The notes: generated by a model from the sequence alone, not told the origin. DNA of 64,000 bases from an uncultured Coriobacteriaceae bacterium (GCA_949298635.1 CASFXG010000003.1:5291-69290); one strand, 5' to 3'. Shown: positions 20,089 through 30,249, counted from the first letter of the stretch. Made by a program: numbers and translations.

Positions 20089-20090
20089 TC

Positions 20091-20119
20091 ATGTCAAATT
20101 ACCCCAGGGGTTTCGACAT
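20091..20119 (+). repeat. REP-like family A copy; supplies the MFS stop codon
   Basis: ATGTCAAATTACCCCAGGGGTTTCGACAT. Confidence 0.85.
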
Positions 20120-21335
20120 CGCCTCTTTGGCATGCGGCAAGTACGAGAGCGAGCGGGATGCAGAGCATGAGCGCCGGGTAGAACCACGCTACCGGCACAG
20201 CGCCATATATCACACCACCAATCGCTGGACCGAGGAACATTCCGATATCGAACCCCATGTAATACGTGCTGTTCGCAAGACCCGTCTTTCCTGGCCCCGC
20301 GAGCTTCACGGCGGTAGATTGACACACCGAGCACATGATGCCGTAACCGCCCGCCAAAAACACCGCGGCCGCCGCCATAGCAAGGTTGCCGTGCATGACC
20401 CACAGGAGCGCGAGCGCTGCAAGCATCGACGCTGCCGAGCAAACCGTGAACGTGCGGAACGACACGCGGTCGAACACATCGCGCAGCACCACACGCATTG
20501 CAAGGAGCACCACGGCGTAGATGGTGAAGAACCATTCCTCCGCCACCGGCAGCACACGATCGGCAACGTAGCTCACCAAATACGACTGAGTCGCGAAGTA
20601 GGGTATGGCGAAGAGGATGATCATCACCGCAGCGGGAAGAGACGCGACAGACAGCAGCTTGAAACCGCTGCCCCGCTTGCCGCCGGATGCTCCGCCATCG
20701 GCGCGCTGAGTTGCCGCAGGCTTCTCCGCTGCCACGCCAGAATCGCGCACACAGTTCATGAAGACGAGCGCGAGCGCGGCCATCAGGGCGGAGCATATGA
20801 ACGTCGCCTGGTAACCGAATGTCTGGTACAGCAGAATCCCGAGCGCCGGACCCACCGCCACGCCAAGCGCATTCATCATGCCGAACAAGCTCATCGCAGC
20901 GCCAATACGGTTCTGCGGGAGCGTTTGGGCGAACCACGTGGACATGCACACGGAGCAAAACGAATAGCCTACCCCGCCGATAACGCGGAACAGCACGAGC
21001 TGCACCGGGGACGTTGCGATAACGTGCCCGGTCGAGGAGACCAACATGAGCACGGCACCCACCGTGGCGAGGCGCCGCTTGCGCACGCGATCGGTGGCGT
21101 TGCCGGCGATGGGTCGACACACGAGCGAGCACAGGCTCATGCTTCCGCTCACCACGCCCGCGAGCGCGACCGTCGCGCCGAGCGACATCGTGAAGCCCGC
21201 GATAACCGGCCCCGTCACCATGAAGCACGCCATATAGCAGAACGTCGCCGCGAGAATAAACGCCGCGTCGCGCGTGACAAGCCGCTCACGCCTTTGAGTC
21301 AAATGAACCCGGTTCAATTGGCTCACTCGCTCCAA
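20094..21335 (-). CDS. MFS transporter
   Basis: About 12 hydrophobic segments, RPIAGNATDRVRKR motif A, LVLFRVIGG, GLANSTYY..FDIG. Start uncertain. Confidence 0.9.
   Translation of the reverse strand: MERVSQLNRVHLTQRRERLVTRDAAFILAATFCYMACFMVTGPVIAGFTMSLGATVALAGVVSGSMSLCSLVCRPIAGNATDRVRKRRLATVGAVLMLVSSTGHVIATSPVQLVLFRVIGGVGYSFCSVCMSTWFAQTLPQNRIGAAMSLFGMMNALGVAVGPALGILLYQTFGYQATFICSALMAALALVFMNCVRDSGVAAEKPAATQRADGGASGGKRGSGFKLLSVASLPAAVMIILFAIPYFATQSYLVSYVADRVLPVAEEWFFTIYAVVLLAMRVVLRDVFDRVSFRTFTVCSAASMLAALALLWVMHGNLAMAAAAVFLAGGYGIMCSVCQSTAVKLAGPGKTGLANSTYYMGFDIGMFLGPAIGGVIYGAVPVAWFYPALMLCIPLALVLAACQRGDVETPGVI
21295..21325. repeat. REP-like palindrome family B
   Basis: TGAGTCAAATGAACCCGGTTCAATTGGCTCA; related copies at ~21824-21856 and 45556-45585 (reverse). 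Confidence 0.7.
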
Positions 21336-21811
21336 TAGTCATCGGCAAGCACCTTGAAGCAGATCTTCCGAAGAGCGCCCGGCTCCTCGCCCGGAAGCAC
21401 GACGTTGGGACAATGGGGCTCGCCCACCCAGAACAGCGCGAAACGACCGTGGTCGAGCGACCCTTCCAGCAGATCATCGTTTTCCGGCACAGGCAGGCAG
21501 TACCCCTTATCCGTGCCTTCGTCGAACTCTTCGACAGGCTTCACCGCACCGGGCGTGGTGAAGAAACGCTCCGCGCCCTCAAGATCGATTTGAACATCGT
21601 GATAGCGACGATGTACCTCGAAGCGCGCATCTTCAAGGTGCTTCGTACGCGCCTCCATGACGTTCGCGTACACGCGATCGCCGTCGATCCGCGTGATGCC
21701 AAGCGGCAGCGTCGCCGGATCGTTCTTTGCCAACCAATCAATCAAAACATCGAGCCCACGCGAAATCCCGCGATAGCGCCCGATGGCATCTAGCCCATCG
21801 TAAATCATCAC
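21323..21811 (-). CDS. YhcH/YjgK/YiaL (NanQ-like) protein
   Basis: IDGDRVYANV, FEVHRRYHDVQ, FALFWVGEPHCP, KICFKV. Confidence 0.9.
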   Translation of the reverse strand: MMIYDGLDAIGRYRGISRGLDVLIDWLAKNDPATLPLGITRIDGDRVYANVMEARTKHLEDARFEVHRRYHDVQIDLEGAERFFTTPGAVKPVEEFDEGTDKGYCLPVPENDDLLEGSLDHGRFALFWVGEPHCPNVVLPGEEPGALRKICFKVLADDYWSE

Positions 21812-21861
21812 AGCCTCCCTTCAGGAGTCAATGGGGACCGGGTTCAATCGGCTCACCCGCT

Positions 21862-21892
21862 ATGTTAAAAAACCCCTGGGGTAATTTTACGA
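21862..21892 (-). repeat. REP-like family A copy (inverted), next to a family B copy
   Basis: ATGTTAAAAAACCCCTGGGGTAATTTTAC. Confidence 0.8.
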
Positions 21893-21894
21893 TT

Positions 21895-23058
21895 TTACGC
21901 CGTGCGAGCGCCCTCGCCGGAGGTGGGGTTGTATGTACCCTCGCCGCGCACCTTGCCCATGACGTCTTCCTCGGAAAGCGCAACCCACTTGATGCCGCGA
22001 CGCGTCTGGTAGGCATAGGCCACGTGAATCATGCCATCCGAAGCCTGGATGATGCAGGGATACTCATACTGGCGGTTGTTGAATTTGTTCTCGTCGCCCA
22101 CGTAGCCCTCTCCGCGCTCGATGTGGCGGATGAGCGGGAACGTAAGTCCGCCGTCTTCGGAGAGCGCGATGGACACCGGATTGCGCAGCGCCGGCCACGC
22201 GCCCGTCTTGCCGTACGTCGCCGGCGCGGAATTGTGGTTGTACGTGATGGCGATGCGCCCGCTTGTAAGCTTCACCACGCCGATGCCGGAGTTGTTGTTG
22301 GGCAGCGGCGTAGGCACCGGCGGAGTCCAGGTATCGCCGAAATCGTGCGACTCGCTGCGATAGATCCAGTCCGCCTCACGGCTGCGCATGAAGGCGACGA
22401 GATGCCCCGGTTCGAGCTCCACGAGGCTCGGATGCACGCGACCAGAGGAATTCGGCATGTCCACGCGACGCCATGTGGCACCCTCATCGTCCGAGATGGC
22501 GAACGCACTGGGGTCGCCCGCCAGACCGGTGGCGCTATCCGTGCAGAGCCACAGGCCATAGACCCAACGACCGTTCGAAAGCACCTGGATCGCCTGGCGC
22601 GCGAACGTGCCCTCCTCGGACAGCACGACCTCGGGCTCGCTCCACGTGCGCCCGTCATCGGTCGAAACCTGCTTCTTCACGACGCTCGTGTACTGCATGT
22701 TGTTCTTGCCCGGCTCGCGCCCACGCTGCGAGGTATACATGCACCAGATCTCGCCACTCGGAGCCAGGAACAGCGACGGGTTCTGGTTGGAGAACTCGTT
22801 GTCGGTCGAGATCATCGTGGGCTCGCTCCACTGCTCGGCACCCTTGTCGAGCCGCGACACCACGATGTTCACGTCCGTATCGCCCTCGAACGTGCCGGCG
22901 AACCAGCAGCACAGAAGCGTGCCCGCAGGCGTCTCGAGCAAGCCCGGGCCATGATGCGAGCTCCATGCCCCAGGCGAGAGCATAGCCTCGGTGACCTGCA
23001 TATCTTCGTCGAAATAAACCTGGCCATCCGGCGTGAGGCCGGGAAGCGTCTTCGGCAT
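21895..23058 (-). CDS. BNR-repeat sialidase-like beta-propeller protein
   Basis: Asp-boxes STDDGRTW, SDDEGATW, SHDFGDTW, SEDGGLTF; WFAGTFEG, PNNNSG, YEYP; no signal peptide. Confidence 0.88.
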   Translation of the reverse strand: MPKTLPGLTPDGQVYFDEDMQVTEAMLSPGAWSSHHGPGLLETPAGTLLCCWFAGTFEGDTDVNIVVSRLDKGAEQWSEPTMISTDNEFSNQNPSLFLAPSGEIWCMYTSQRGREPGKNNMQYTSVVKKQVSTDDGRTWSEPEVVLSEEGTFARQAIQVLSNGRWVYGLWLCTDSATGLAGDPSAFAISDDEGATWRRVDMPNSSGRVHPSLVELEPGHLVAFMRSREADWIYRSESHDFGDTWTPPVPTPLPNNNSGIGVVKLTSGRIAITYNHNSAPATYGKTGAWPALRNPVSIALSEDGGLTFPLIRHIERGEGYVGDENKFNNRQYEYPCIIQASDGMIHVAYAYQTRRGIKWVALSEEDVMGKVRGEGTYNPTSGEGARTA

Positions 23059-23279
23059 CGTATCTCCTCCTGATAGATAACTCGTTTGGGGGCGGGGGTC
23101 GAAATATGTCACGCAACGTGTCTTGAGTTTCTCGCCTCGCCTTATTCAGGCGCCGCAAGAACCAGACCTTCATCGAAATGCATCATTTCAGCCATTAGCA
23201 GACAAAATCCTGTCCGTAATGACTATTTGAGATGATTTCGATGAACGAAGCCCGATTGAAGCCATCGCAAAACCGCCCC

Positions 23280-25067
23280 CTAATCGATTCGCCTGAGCGA
23301 GCCGTCTTCGTTGCGCCCGTAACGCCTCACGATCTCCCAGCCCATCTCGACCTCGCGCAGATCGACCGCATGCGGCATGCGCTTGGCAACGATGAAGTGG
23401 TAGAGCTCATCAGCCCCTTCGTCCGCGGTCTCCCAGGCCTGGTGAATGAAGCGGGCATCCTCGCCGCCCTCTTCCACCTTGCGCGGAGCCACGAAACCGC
23501 TCGCTGTATCGCCGTACATCGGCTCGACGGGAATGTTGTTGAACCGCTTCCAGAACGCAACCGTGGGACCCCAGGTGCCATCGCCGTCGGACGTGACGGG
23601 GAACAGATGCCCCTTCTCGAATCCCACGTTGTCTACCATGCCAACAAACTGGACGAACGGCATGCGATATGGATACGCGGCGCGCTTCTGGTCAGCTAGC
23701 TTGTGCGTTGGGGAAGGCTCGTCCTCGCCCTTGGGAAGATCCTTGAGCGCGGAGTTCTTATTGAAGAGCAGCATGCCGGGAATAGACTCGTCCAAATTCG
23801 CAAAGTAGCTCATATGCGGGCCGTTAAGCGCCACGACGCCGGCGAACACATCTGGGTAGGAGCTTGCAAGAGCGTTCGAGAACATCGAGCCCATAGAGAA
23901 GCCCGAGATATAGATGCGCGAACGGTCGATGGGATGAACCTCGGCCATGTGCTCGATGAGCGCCATGACAAAATCGATGTCCGTGGGGATGCGGGGGTCT
24001 GCCCATGCATTCCAGCGCATCTCTACCGTCGCATCGGGGAAAACGCAGATAACGTCGTCACGGTCGGCGATATCCGCCCAGCCGCTCTGCTCGGCGCCAT
24101 ACAGGCCGCAGCAGTTGATACCGTGGAAGTAGAGCACCAGCGGCACGGGATCGGCGGTGCCTCGCAGCTGCGGAGGCACGTACTCGAACCACGTACGCGG
24201 AAGGCCATCTTCAAGACCAAGCGACGTGTCTTCCACATGCGGTGTGAACCCACGTCCCTCGAAATCGATGCGCGCCTGGTAGGTGCCAAAATCATCGTTG
24301 CGCCACCGGCGGCAGCCCGCGAACATGCGCGCCCACGCAGCTTCGACCTCAGCGGCGGAAAGCCCCTTGTCGCCCACATGGTAGGTGACGTTGGCATTCG
24401 CCGCCCGCACGTGGCAAACGCGACCATCATCCTCGATGACCTCGCCATCCGCCCCGTTCGCCTGCGCTAGCGCCGCCTCGACGGCGGCGTTGCGCTCATA
24501 GAGCCATGCGACCTGTTCGGCACCCTTGCCGGCACCGGGCTCGAAGCCCTTGGGGAACGCGCCCAGCATGATGGCGGCTACGTCGAGCGGATGCTCGGCG
24601 GCAAGCGTCCACGCCACCGCGGAAGCTTCGGGCGAGCACGCCAGATGGAAGATCATGCCGTTGAAGCCCGAAACGCCCACCGTGGGCTTGAGCACGGCGA
24701 AGCAGCGAACGATGAACTGCGTGTCGTCATCGCGCGCAGGATCCTGCGCGTAGTTCCAACCCTCTTCGAGCGGGTTGGGGAACACCACGATCACGTGCTC
24801 GCGCTCGGCAAGCGCGGCGAGACCAAGCTCATCGAGCGTACGCTGGGCGCTCGCAAGGTCGCTGCCGTTGCGAAGCACCATGAGCACCTGCGCCTGCTTG
24901 GGATGCGGAACTCCGGAGGCAGGGATGTACACGCACATGGTGCGCTCGATACCCTCCGCCGCATCGACCTCGTTCTCGGGGTTGGGAACCGCAACCACGG
25001 CACCCGGAACGGTAACCTCGACCAGTTCCCCGCCCCGCGGCGAGAACTGAATGATCGGATCCATCAT
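23280..25067 (-). CDS. Two-domain alpha/beta-hydrolase (PHB-depolymerase/LpqC-like esterase)
   Basis: PLVLYFHG, VICVFPD, IDRSRIYISGFSMGS nucleophile elbow, C-terminal MPH. Confidence 0.8.
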   Translation of the reverse strand: MMDPIIQFSPRGGELVEVTVPGAVVAVPNPENEVDAAEGIERTMCVYIPASGVPHPKQAQVLMVLRNGSDLASAQRTLDELGLAALAEREHVIVVFPNPLEEGWNYAQDPARDDDTQFIVRCFAVLKPTVGVSGFNGMIFHLACSPEASAVAWTLAAEHPLDVAAIMLGAFPKGFEPGAGKGAEQVAWLYERNAAVEAALAQANGADGEVIEDDGRVCHVRAANANVTYHVGDKGLSAAEVEAAWARMFAGCRRWRNDDFGTYQARIDFEGRGFTPHVEDTSLGLEDGLPRTWFEYVPPQLRGTADPVPLVLYFHGINCCGLYGAEQSGWADIADRDDVICVFPDATVEMRWNAWADPRIPTDIDFVMALIEHMAEVHPIDRSRIYISGFSMGSMFSNALASSYPDVFAGVVALNGPHMSYFANLDESIPGMLLFNKNSALKDLPKGEDEPSPTHKLADQKRAAYPYRMPFVQFVGMVDNVGFEKGHLFPVTSDGDGTWGPTVAFWKRFNNIPVEPMYGDTASGFVAPRKVEEGGEDARFIHQAWETADEGADELYHFIVAKRMPHAVDLREVEMGWEIVRRYGRNEDGSLRRID

Positions 25068-26678
25068 CTAAACCACCTCCACGCGCTTGGAGCCCACCGG
25101 GCGCCGGAAACGCTTCATAAACTCCCACGCAGCACGCGCCTCGTCCACGATCGCACCATGCGGCATGTTCTTCATACGGGTCTGCGCCACCATCTCCACA
25201 CCTTGAGCGTTGCGGTAGACCGTGGTATCGAAGCGGTCGCCCTGTGAATACCCGCGGTCCGCGACGTACGCTTCGGCGGGGTCAAGGCGCTCACCCGTCG
25301 CGCGATCGCACGCGTTGGCGGAAAGCACCACGTCAACCTCTTCGGTCGTAAGCTCCCCGGCCTTATCATCGGAATCGCCTGCAGCGATCCAGAAGGGCAT
25401 CTCGTACTCACCATCACCAAAGCCGGGGGCGAACACGAAGCGCCCAAGGCCGCTCGAGACGATCGCTTCGAGGCACGGCCCGTTCCACGGCGACGCCGCG
25501 GTGAAGAGCTCCGGATGCAGCGAGGCCATCTGGCAGGTGAAAACCGCCCCGTTCGAGAATCCCGTGATATACGTGCGCTCTTTGCACAGGCCAAACGACG
25601 AGACCGTCTGCTCGACCATCTTTGCAAGCGCCGGCGCATCGCGCTCCTCAGACCATACGTTGCCGGGAGAATCGGGCAGCATGACAGCGAAAGCCTTCGT
25701 TTCGTCTGCCAGGCGCTCCCAACCGTTCTTCTCGGCGAAAATCCACGTGGGCTCGCCGCGCCCGTGGATGGAAATCACGAGCGAGAGGTTGCGCGCTTGG
25801 TCACGCGTGAAACCTTTAGGCAGGTACACAGCATAGTGATACCGTTCGCCACCGTGCTCCACCTCGTCGTGGAAATACGCGCCATCGTGGTAGAACTCAT
25901 CTTTCGTGCGACGGGGCGCGAGCGTGCCGTCTGGCCCGTTCTTCCAACGAATCACACGGCAGAAGAAGTCCATACCCGCAGCGGCGATCGCAGGGTCCGC
26001 GCCCGTGAGACCGGGCGTCACGCGAACCTGCATCCCCGCGTTGGCCGGATTCGCGAACACCTGCGTGGCGTGGCCGGAAATCTCGACGTCCTCGGCGGGT
26101 TCGGCCGCATCGACCGCAACGGCGTGCTCAAGCATGGCCTGGGCATTTCCAGCGCCCATGAACCACGCGGCGATGGGAATGTCACGGTTCTTGACGTCAT
26201 AGTCGACCGGATCTTTCACGAGCCAATGCTCGGAGGGCTCGTCGAGCGCCGCGAGGGCATTCGGGGAGCCGTCGACGAGCACGCTCGCCGCCGCGAACCC
26301 CGGGCAAGAAAGCTGGTAGTTCCCGGCAAACGTTGCTCCATCGCCATATCCAACCAGGTAGATGAGCGTCTCCCATGCCCAGAGCGACCCACCGGAAGCC
26401 GCGCTTCCAGCGCCCGCCGCCTTGAAGCTCCGGCGATTCTCCTGGTAGAGCCTCATGGGCATGTCGGCCGGACAAGAATCCCAACCGTCGCCCGCCACCG
26501 CGACCATAAGAACCGCGGCATCGCTCTCCACCGCATCGATCCAACCGGATTGCTGGGCGAATTCTTGAGCGGCAGCCTCCGTGCGGGCTTGATCTACTGG
26601 CGGAAATAGAATGACGGTCTTCACCGGGTCGATCGAAGCCCTGGTGGAAACGTATACATAACGAGGTTGTTCTGACAT
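25068..26678 (-). CDS. Two-domain alpha/beta-hydrolase (PHB-depolymerase/LpqC-like esterase), paralogue
   Basis: LVISIHGRG, RTYITGFSNGA, MPHG..AWEFMKRF; the N-domain elbow is degenerate (GYGDG). Confidence 0.8.
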   Translation of the reverse strand: MSEQPRYVYVSTRASIDPVKTVILFPPVDQARTEAAAQEFAQQSGWIDAVESDAAVLMVAVAGDGWDSCPADMPMRLYQENRRSFKAAGAGSAASGGSLWAWETLIYLVGYGDGATFAGNYQLSCPGFAAASVLVDGSPNALAALDEPSEHWLVKDPVDYDVKNRDIPIAAWFMGAGNAQAMLEHAVAVDAAEPAEDVEISGHATQVFANPANAGMQVRVTPGLTGADPAIAAAGMDFFCRVIRWKNGPDGTLAPRRTKDEFYHDGAYFHDEVEHGGERYHYAVYLPKGFTRDQARNLSLVISIHGRGEPTWIFAEKNGWERLADETKAFAVMLPDSPGNVWSEERDAPALAKMVEQTVSSFGLCKERTYITGFSNGAVFTCQMASLHPELFTAASPWNGPCLEAIVSSGLGRFVFAPGFGDGEYEMPFWIAAGDSDDKAGELTTEEVDVVLSANACDRATGERLDPAEAYVADRGYSQGDRFDTTVYRNAQGVEMVAQTRMKNMPHGAIVDEARAAWEFMKRFRRPVGSKRVEVV

Positions 26679-26801
26679 ATTTCCCTCTCCTCCCTTTCGG
26701 GATCTGCGGGCCTTGGATGCGGGAAGACCGCCGCCAGCCAAGCTCATCTGGATAGAATACGCCCCGCGCGACATGGTCGAACGGGGCGCAAACGGACTAG
26801 A

Positions 26802-28121
26802 TTACATCGGGAAGGCGATAGTGGCACCAAGGGCGAGGAAGACGATCTTCACGATGTACATCGGAACCGAGAACTTCCAGAACTCGACCATGGTGTAGTT
26901 GCCCATACCCATGATAAGCGCGGGCAGACCGTCGATGGGCAGGAAGCCACCAGACCAACCGGCCAGCGTCACGGCGACAGCGGCCGCGGCGGGGTTCAGA
27001 CCGAGCGACATGCAGGTTGCAACCGCGATGGGAGCGAAGATGAACACGGAGCCCATGTTGGAGCCGGTGAACGTAGCGCAGACCGAGGTGAGCACGCAGA
27101 AGACGAGCACGACCACGAATCCGGGCATGGCACCGCCCATGGCGCCGGCGACCATCTCGCCGATCATGGCGGTGAAGCCAGAGTCCGCAAGGGCGTTCGC
27201 GACCGGGATGACGCCGCCCATCATGAGGATGAGGGGCGAGAAGATGCCGTCACGCATCTCCTTGAAGTTGATGACCTTGGCGAACAGCAGCACAAAGGCG
27301 CAGAGGCCGGGGAGCACGTAGGCGATGTTGCCGAGGTTGGAGGCGAACATCATGCCAAGCACGGAGACCACGAAAGCCAGGATGACGAGGATCTCCTGCC
27401 AGCTGGCGAGCTTGGGGGCGGCGTCCTGCGCCTTGCCCTTGTTCTGGTCCTCGATGCTCGCGGCGGCATCGTCTGCGAGCGGGTGATCGGGGAGTAGCTT
27501 GTAGCCCACGATAGCCCATGCGAGGAACGCGATGGAAGCGATGGAGCTCGCGACCATGACGCCCGTCATGCTGGGAGCCTCGGTTACACCGGCGGCCTCG
27601 AGAATGCTCACGGCGATGCCGAAGAACATGGCAACGTTCACGGAAACGAGGGGGTTGCCCGTGGCGAAACCGAGCGGCATGAGGAGCTTCGAGGTGGGGA
27701 GCTTCTTGTTATACGGAATGGTGGCAACGAGCGTGAGCACGAGCATGTAGTAGCCCGTGGTGTTGCCCATGAGGATGGCGCCGAGCATGACCACGACGAG
27801 GAGCAGGACGTAGCTCTTGAAGCCGCCCTTCTCCACGAGGTTCAGCATGACGTCCTTCAACTTATCGATGAAGCTCGTTTTCTGAAGCGCTGCGATGACC
27901 GCCATGAAGAACGCGACCATCCACACCGTGGAGTTCGTGAAACCGGCAAACGCGTACGGAATATCCCACTGAACTTCCCAATCGGCGCCGAAGAGCGAGC
28001 TCGCGACCACGAGCAGGCAGCACGCCAGGATGGGAGGCGCGCCAAACGGAAGAGCGTCCGTCATGATGAGGACAATCATGATGACAAGAATTGCCAATGC
28101 GAGAATCATCTGCAATGTCAT
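26802..28121 (-). CDS. SLC13/DASS (CitMHS-like) carboxylate transporter
   Basis: Highly hydrophobic; AFAGFTNS, SKLLMPLGFA, ATFTGSN, IMGMGNY..EFWKFSVP. Confidence 0.82.
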   Translation of the reverse strand: MTLQMILALAILVIMIVLIMTDALPFGAPPILACCLLVVASSLFGADWEVQWDIPYAFAGFTNSTVWMVAFFMAVIAALQKTSFIDKLKDVMLNLVEKGGFKSYVLLLVVVMLGAILMGNTTGYYMLVLTLVATIPYNKKLPTSKLLMPLGFATGNPLVSVNVAMFFGIAVSILEAAGVTEAPSMTGVMVASSIASIAFLAWAIVGYKLLPDHPLADDAAASIEDQNKGKAQDAAPKLASWQEILVILAFVVSVLGMMFASNLGNIAYVLPGLCAFVLLFAKVINFKEMRDGIFSPLILMMGGVIPVANALADSGFTAMIGEMVAGAMGGAMPGFVVVLVFCVLTSVCATFTGSNMGSVFIFAPIAVATCMSLGLNPAAAAVAVTLAGWSGGFLPIDGLPALIMGMGNYTMVEFWKFSVPMYIVKIVFLALGATIAFPM

Positions 28122-28255
28122 TGTCTTCCCCTTTCCTTACGAGTGAATGTGTAAGAATCAGGCTGGGTCGTTACCATTTCCTTAGGCTTCGACCCACCTT
28201 CTGGTCTGCGGAGCCATACGCTTCCACACCTGTGGCTCCGCAGCCGCACTTTGGC

Positions 28256-29320
28256 TTACCCCCTCCCCTTAGCCATGCGCAGCGCGTAATCTATTGCGTT
28301 CACGAGCGAAAGCTCGTTGGACGTCCCGGTACCGGCAAGTGCAAACGCCGTGCCGTGATCCACGGAGGTGCGGATGATGGGCAGGCCGAGCGTGATGTTC
28401 ACGCCCTCGACCGCCTCCCAGTTCTTGACCTCGCGGTCATACACGAAGCCGAGTGTCTTAGTGGGAATATGACCCTGGTCGTGGTACATGCACACAACCA
28501 TGTCGTACCAACCGCCGTTCATCTCGGAAAAAACGCTATCGGGCGGGCACGGACCCACGGCATCGATGCCCTCGGCGCGAGCGAGCTCGATAGCAGGGAT
28601 GATCTCGTTGATCTCCTCATCGCCGAAGAGCCCGTGCTCTCCCGCGTGCGGGTTGAGCCCGGCAACGGCGATCTTGGGCGACTCGATACCCAAGTCACGA
28701 CAGGTTTGCCAGCCAAGCTTGATAACCTCGAGCACACGCGGCGTCTTCACGCGGTCGCACGCCTCACGCAACGAGCAATGCGTGGACACGTGGATGACGC
28801 GGAAGTCGTGCCACGCGAGCATCATGGCGTAGCTCTTCGTGTGCGTATAGGTGGCGTAGATCTCGGTGTGGCCGTCGAAGTGCATGCCCTGCGGTTCGAG
28901 CGCGAGGTTCATGGCCTCTTTGTTGAGCGCGTTCGTCACGGTGGCATCTACCTCGCCCGCCATAGCAAGCTCGATAGTGCGCTTCACGCTTTGGAACGCG
29001 GCCATGCCGCCTTCGACGGAGACTTCGCCCAGCTTGAACGCGGCAACGTCCTTGACGAGATCCATGTGGAAAACGTCAACCGTACCGGGCTCGAAGACGG
29101 CATCGCCGACGTTCTCCACAGCATGAATAGCGATCTCAGGATGGCCCACGAAACCCTTGGCCTGCTCAATCATCTTGGCGTCGCCCACCACAATGGGGCG
29201 ACAGCGCTCATAGAGCGATGCGTCGGCAAGCGCCTTGACGGTGATCTCCGGGCCGTTGCCAGCTGGATCGCCCATGGTGATGGCAACAATGGGGCGCGGA
29301 TCGTTCGCGGCGGTGGTCAT
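28256..29320 (-). CDS. pdxA2: PdxA2-type 4-phospho-D-threonate/erythronate (4-hydroxythreonine-4-phosphate) dehydrogenase
   Basis: ITMGDPAGNGPE, GHTE, GLNPHAGE, MYHDQG, RTSVDHGTA; next to a DUF1537 kinase. Confidence 0.92.
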   Translation of the reverse strand: MTTAANDPRPIVAITMGDPAGNGPEITVKALADASLYERCRPIVVGDAKMIEQAKGFVGHPEIAIHAVENVGDAVFEPGTVDVFHMDLVKDVAAFKLGEVSVEGGMAAFQSVKRTIELAMAGEVDATVTNALNKEAMNLALEPQGMHFDGHTEIYATYTHTKSYAMMLAWHDFRVIHVSTHCSLREACDRVKTPRVLEVIKLGWQTCRDLGIESPKIAVAGLNPHAGEHGLFGDEEINEIIPAIELARAEGIDAVGPCPPDSVFSEMNGGWYDMVVCMYHDQGHIPTKTLGFVYDREVKNWEAVEGVNITLGLPIIRTSVDHGTAFALAGTGTSNELSLVNAIDYALRMAKGRG

Positions 29321-29322
29321 GG

Positions 29323-30249
29323 CTAGCACATCCCCTTCGCGCGGTCGGCCTCGAGCGTGGCAGCGAGCGCTTCCATGCCCTCGGGGCACAGATAGTTAAA
29401 CGGCGCGCGACAGGCGCCAACTGGGTAACCCAGTAGCTTGACCGCGGTCTTCACCACGGTGTTGGGGTTGCCGTACTTGAAGCAATCGCGCAGCGGAGCC
29501 ACAGCCGCCTGACACTTCTCGGCAGCCTCGAGGTCGCCGGAAGCCCAGTTCTCATAGATGCCCACCATGTTCTTGGGGTACACGTTCGCGCAGCCGGCGA
29601 TGGCGCCCGTGGCACCGGCCTGGAGCGCGCGCAGGATGAGCGCATCGTTGCCGGAAAGCACGCTGAAGCCCATGTCCGCCGTGGCATCGATGTAGCCCTT
29701 GAGGTTATCCCAATCGCCCGAGGAGTCCTTCGCGCCCAAGATGTTCGGCACCTGCGCGAGCTCGGCCACGGTATCGGGCTCGATGGCGTTACCGGTGCGC
29801 GCGGGGATGTTGTAGAGCACAATGGGCATGTTCGGCACCGCCTCGGCGACCTTCGTGTAGTGCACGACAAGCTCGTGCTGCGAGGCCTTCGCGAAGCTCG
29901 GCGTGATCACGGAGAGCACGTCGGCACCGGCCGCCTCGGCCATCTTGCACTGCTCGATGGTCTCCCTGGTGGAGATGCAGCCGGTACCGGCGTACACGGG
30001 GACGCGACCCGCCGCCTGGTCGATCACGGTGGTGAGGACGGCTTCCTTCTCCGCACCGGAGAGGATGTAGCCCTCACCGTTCGTGCCGAACGGGAAGATG
30101 CCGTGAATACCCGCCTCGATCTGGCGGTCAACCTGGCGGCGAAGCTCCTCGAGATTGATCGATTCATCCTCATTCATGGGCGTCACAATGGGAACGATGA
30201 TGCCCTTGAGCTCTATCTTCTTCATATCTGTCATAGTTGACGATGCCAT
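29323..30249 (-). CDS. DHDPS/NAL-family class I aldolase
   Basis: GIIVPIVTP, GTNGE, LYNIPARTG, GAKDSSG, LSGND. The start may be at 30234. Confidence 0.92.
   Translation of the reverse strand: MASSTMTDMKKIELKGIIVPIVTPMNEDESINLEELRRQVDRQIEAGIHGIFPFGTNGEGYILSGAEKEAVLTTVIDQAAGRVPVYAGTGCISTRETIEQCKMAEAAGADVLSVITPSFAKASQHELVVHYTKVAEAVPNMPIVLYNIPARTGNAIEPDTVAELAQVPNILGAKDSSGDWDNLKGYIDATADMGFSVLSGNDALILRALQAGATGAIAGCANVYPKNMVGIYENWASGDLEAAEKCQAAVAPLRDCFKYGNPNTVVKTAVKLLGYPVGACRAPFNYLCPEGMEALAATLEADRAKGMC

Noticed and set aside
21895-23058. Calling this a true host-glycan sialidase (nanH)
   Set aside because: No RIP motif, no signal peptide and no nanA/K/E context; only Asp-boxes are supported.
28256-30249. 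PdxA as vitamin B6 synthesis and DapA as lysine synthesis
   Set aside because: Context (DUF1537 kinase, transporter, Fe-ADH) indicates catabolic paralogues; no pdxJ, dapB or asd nearby.
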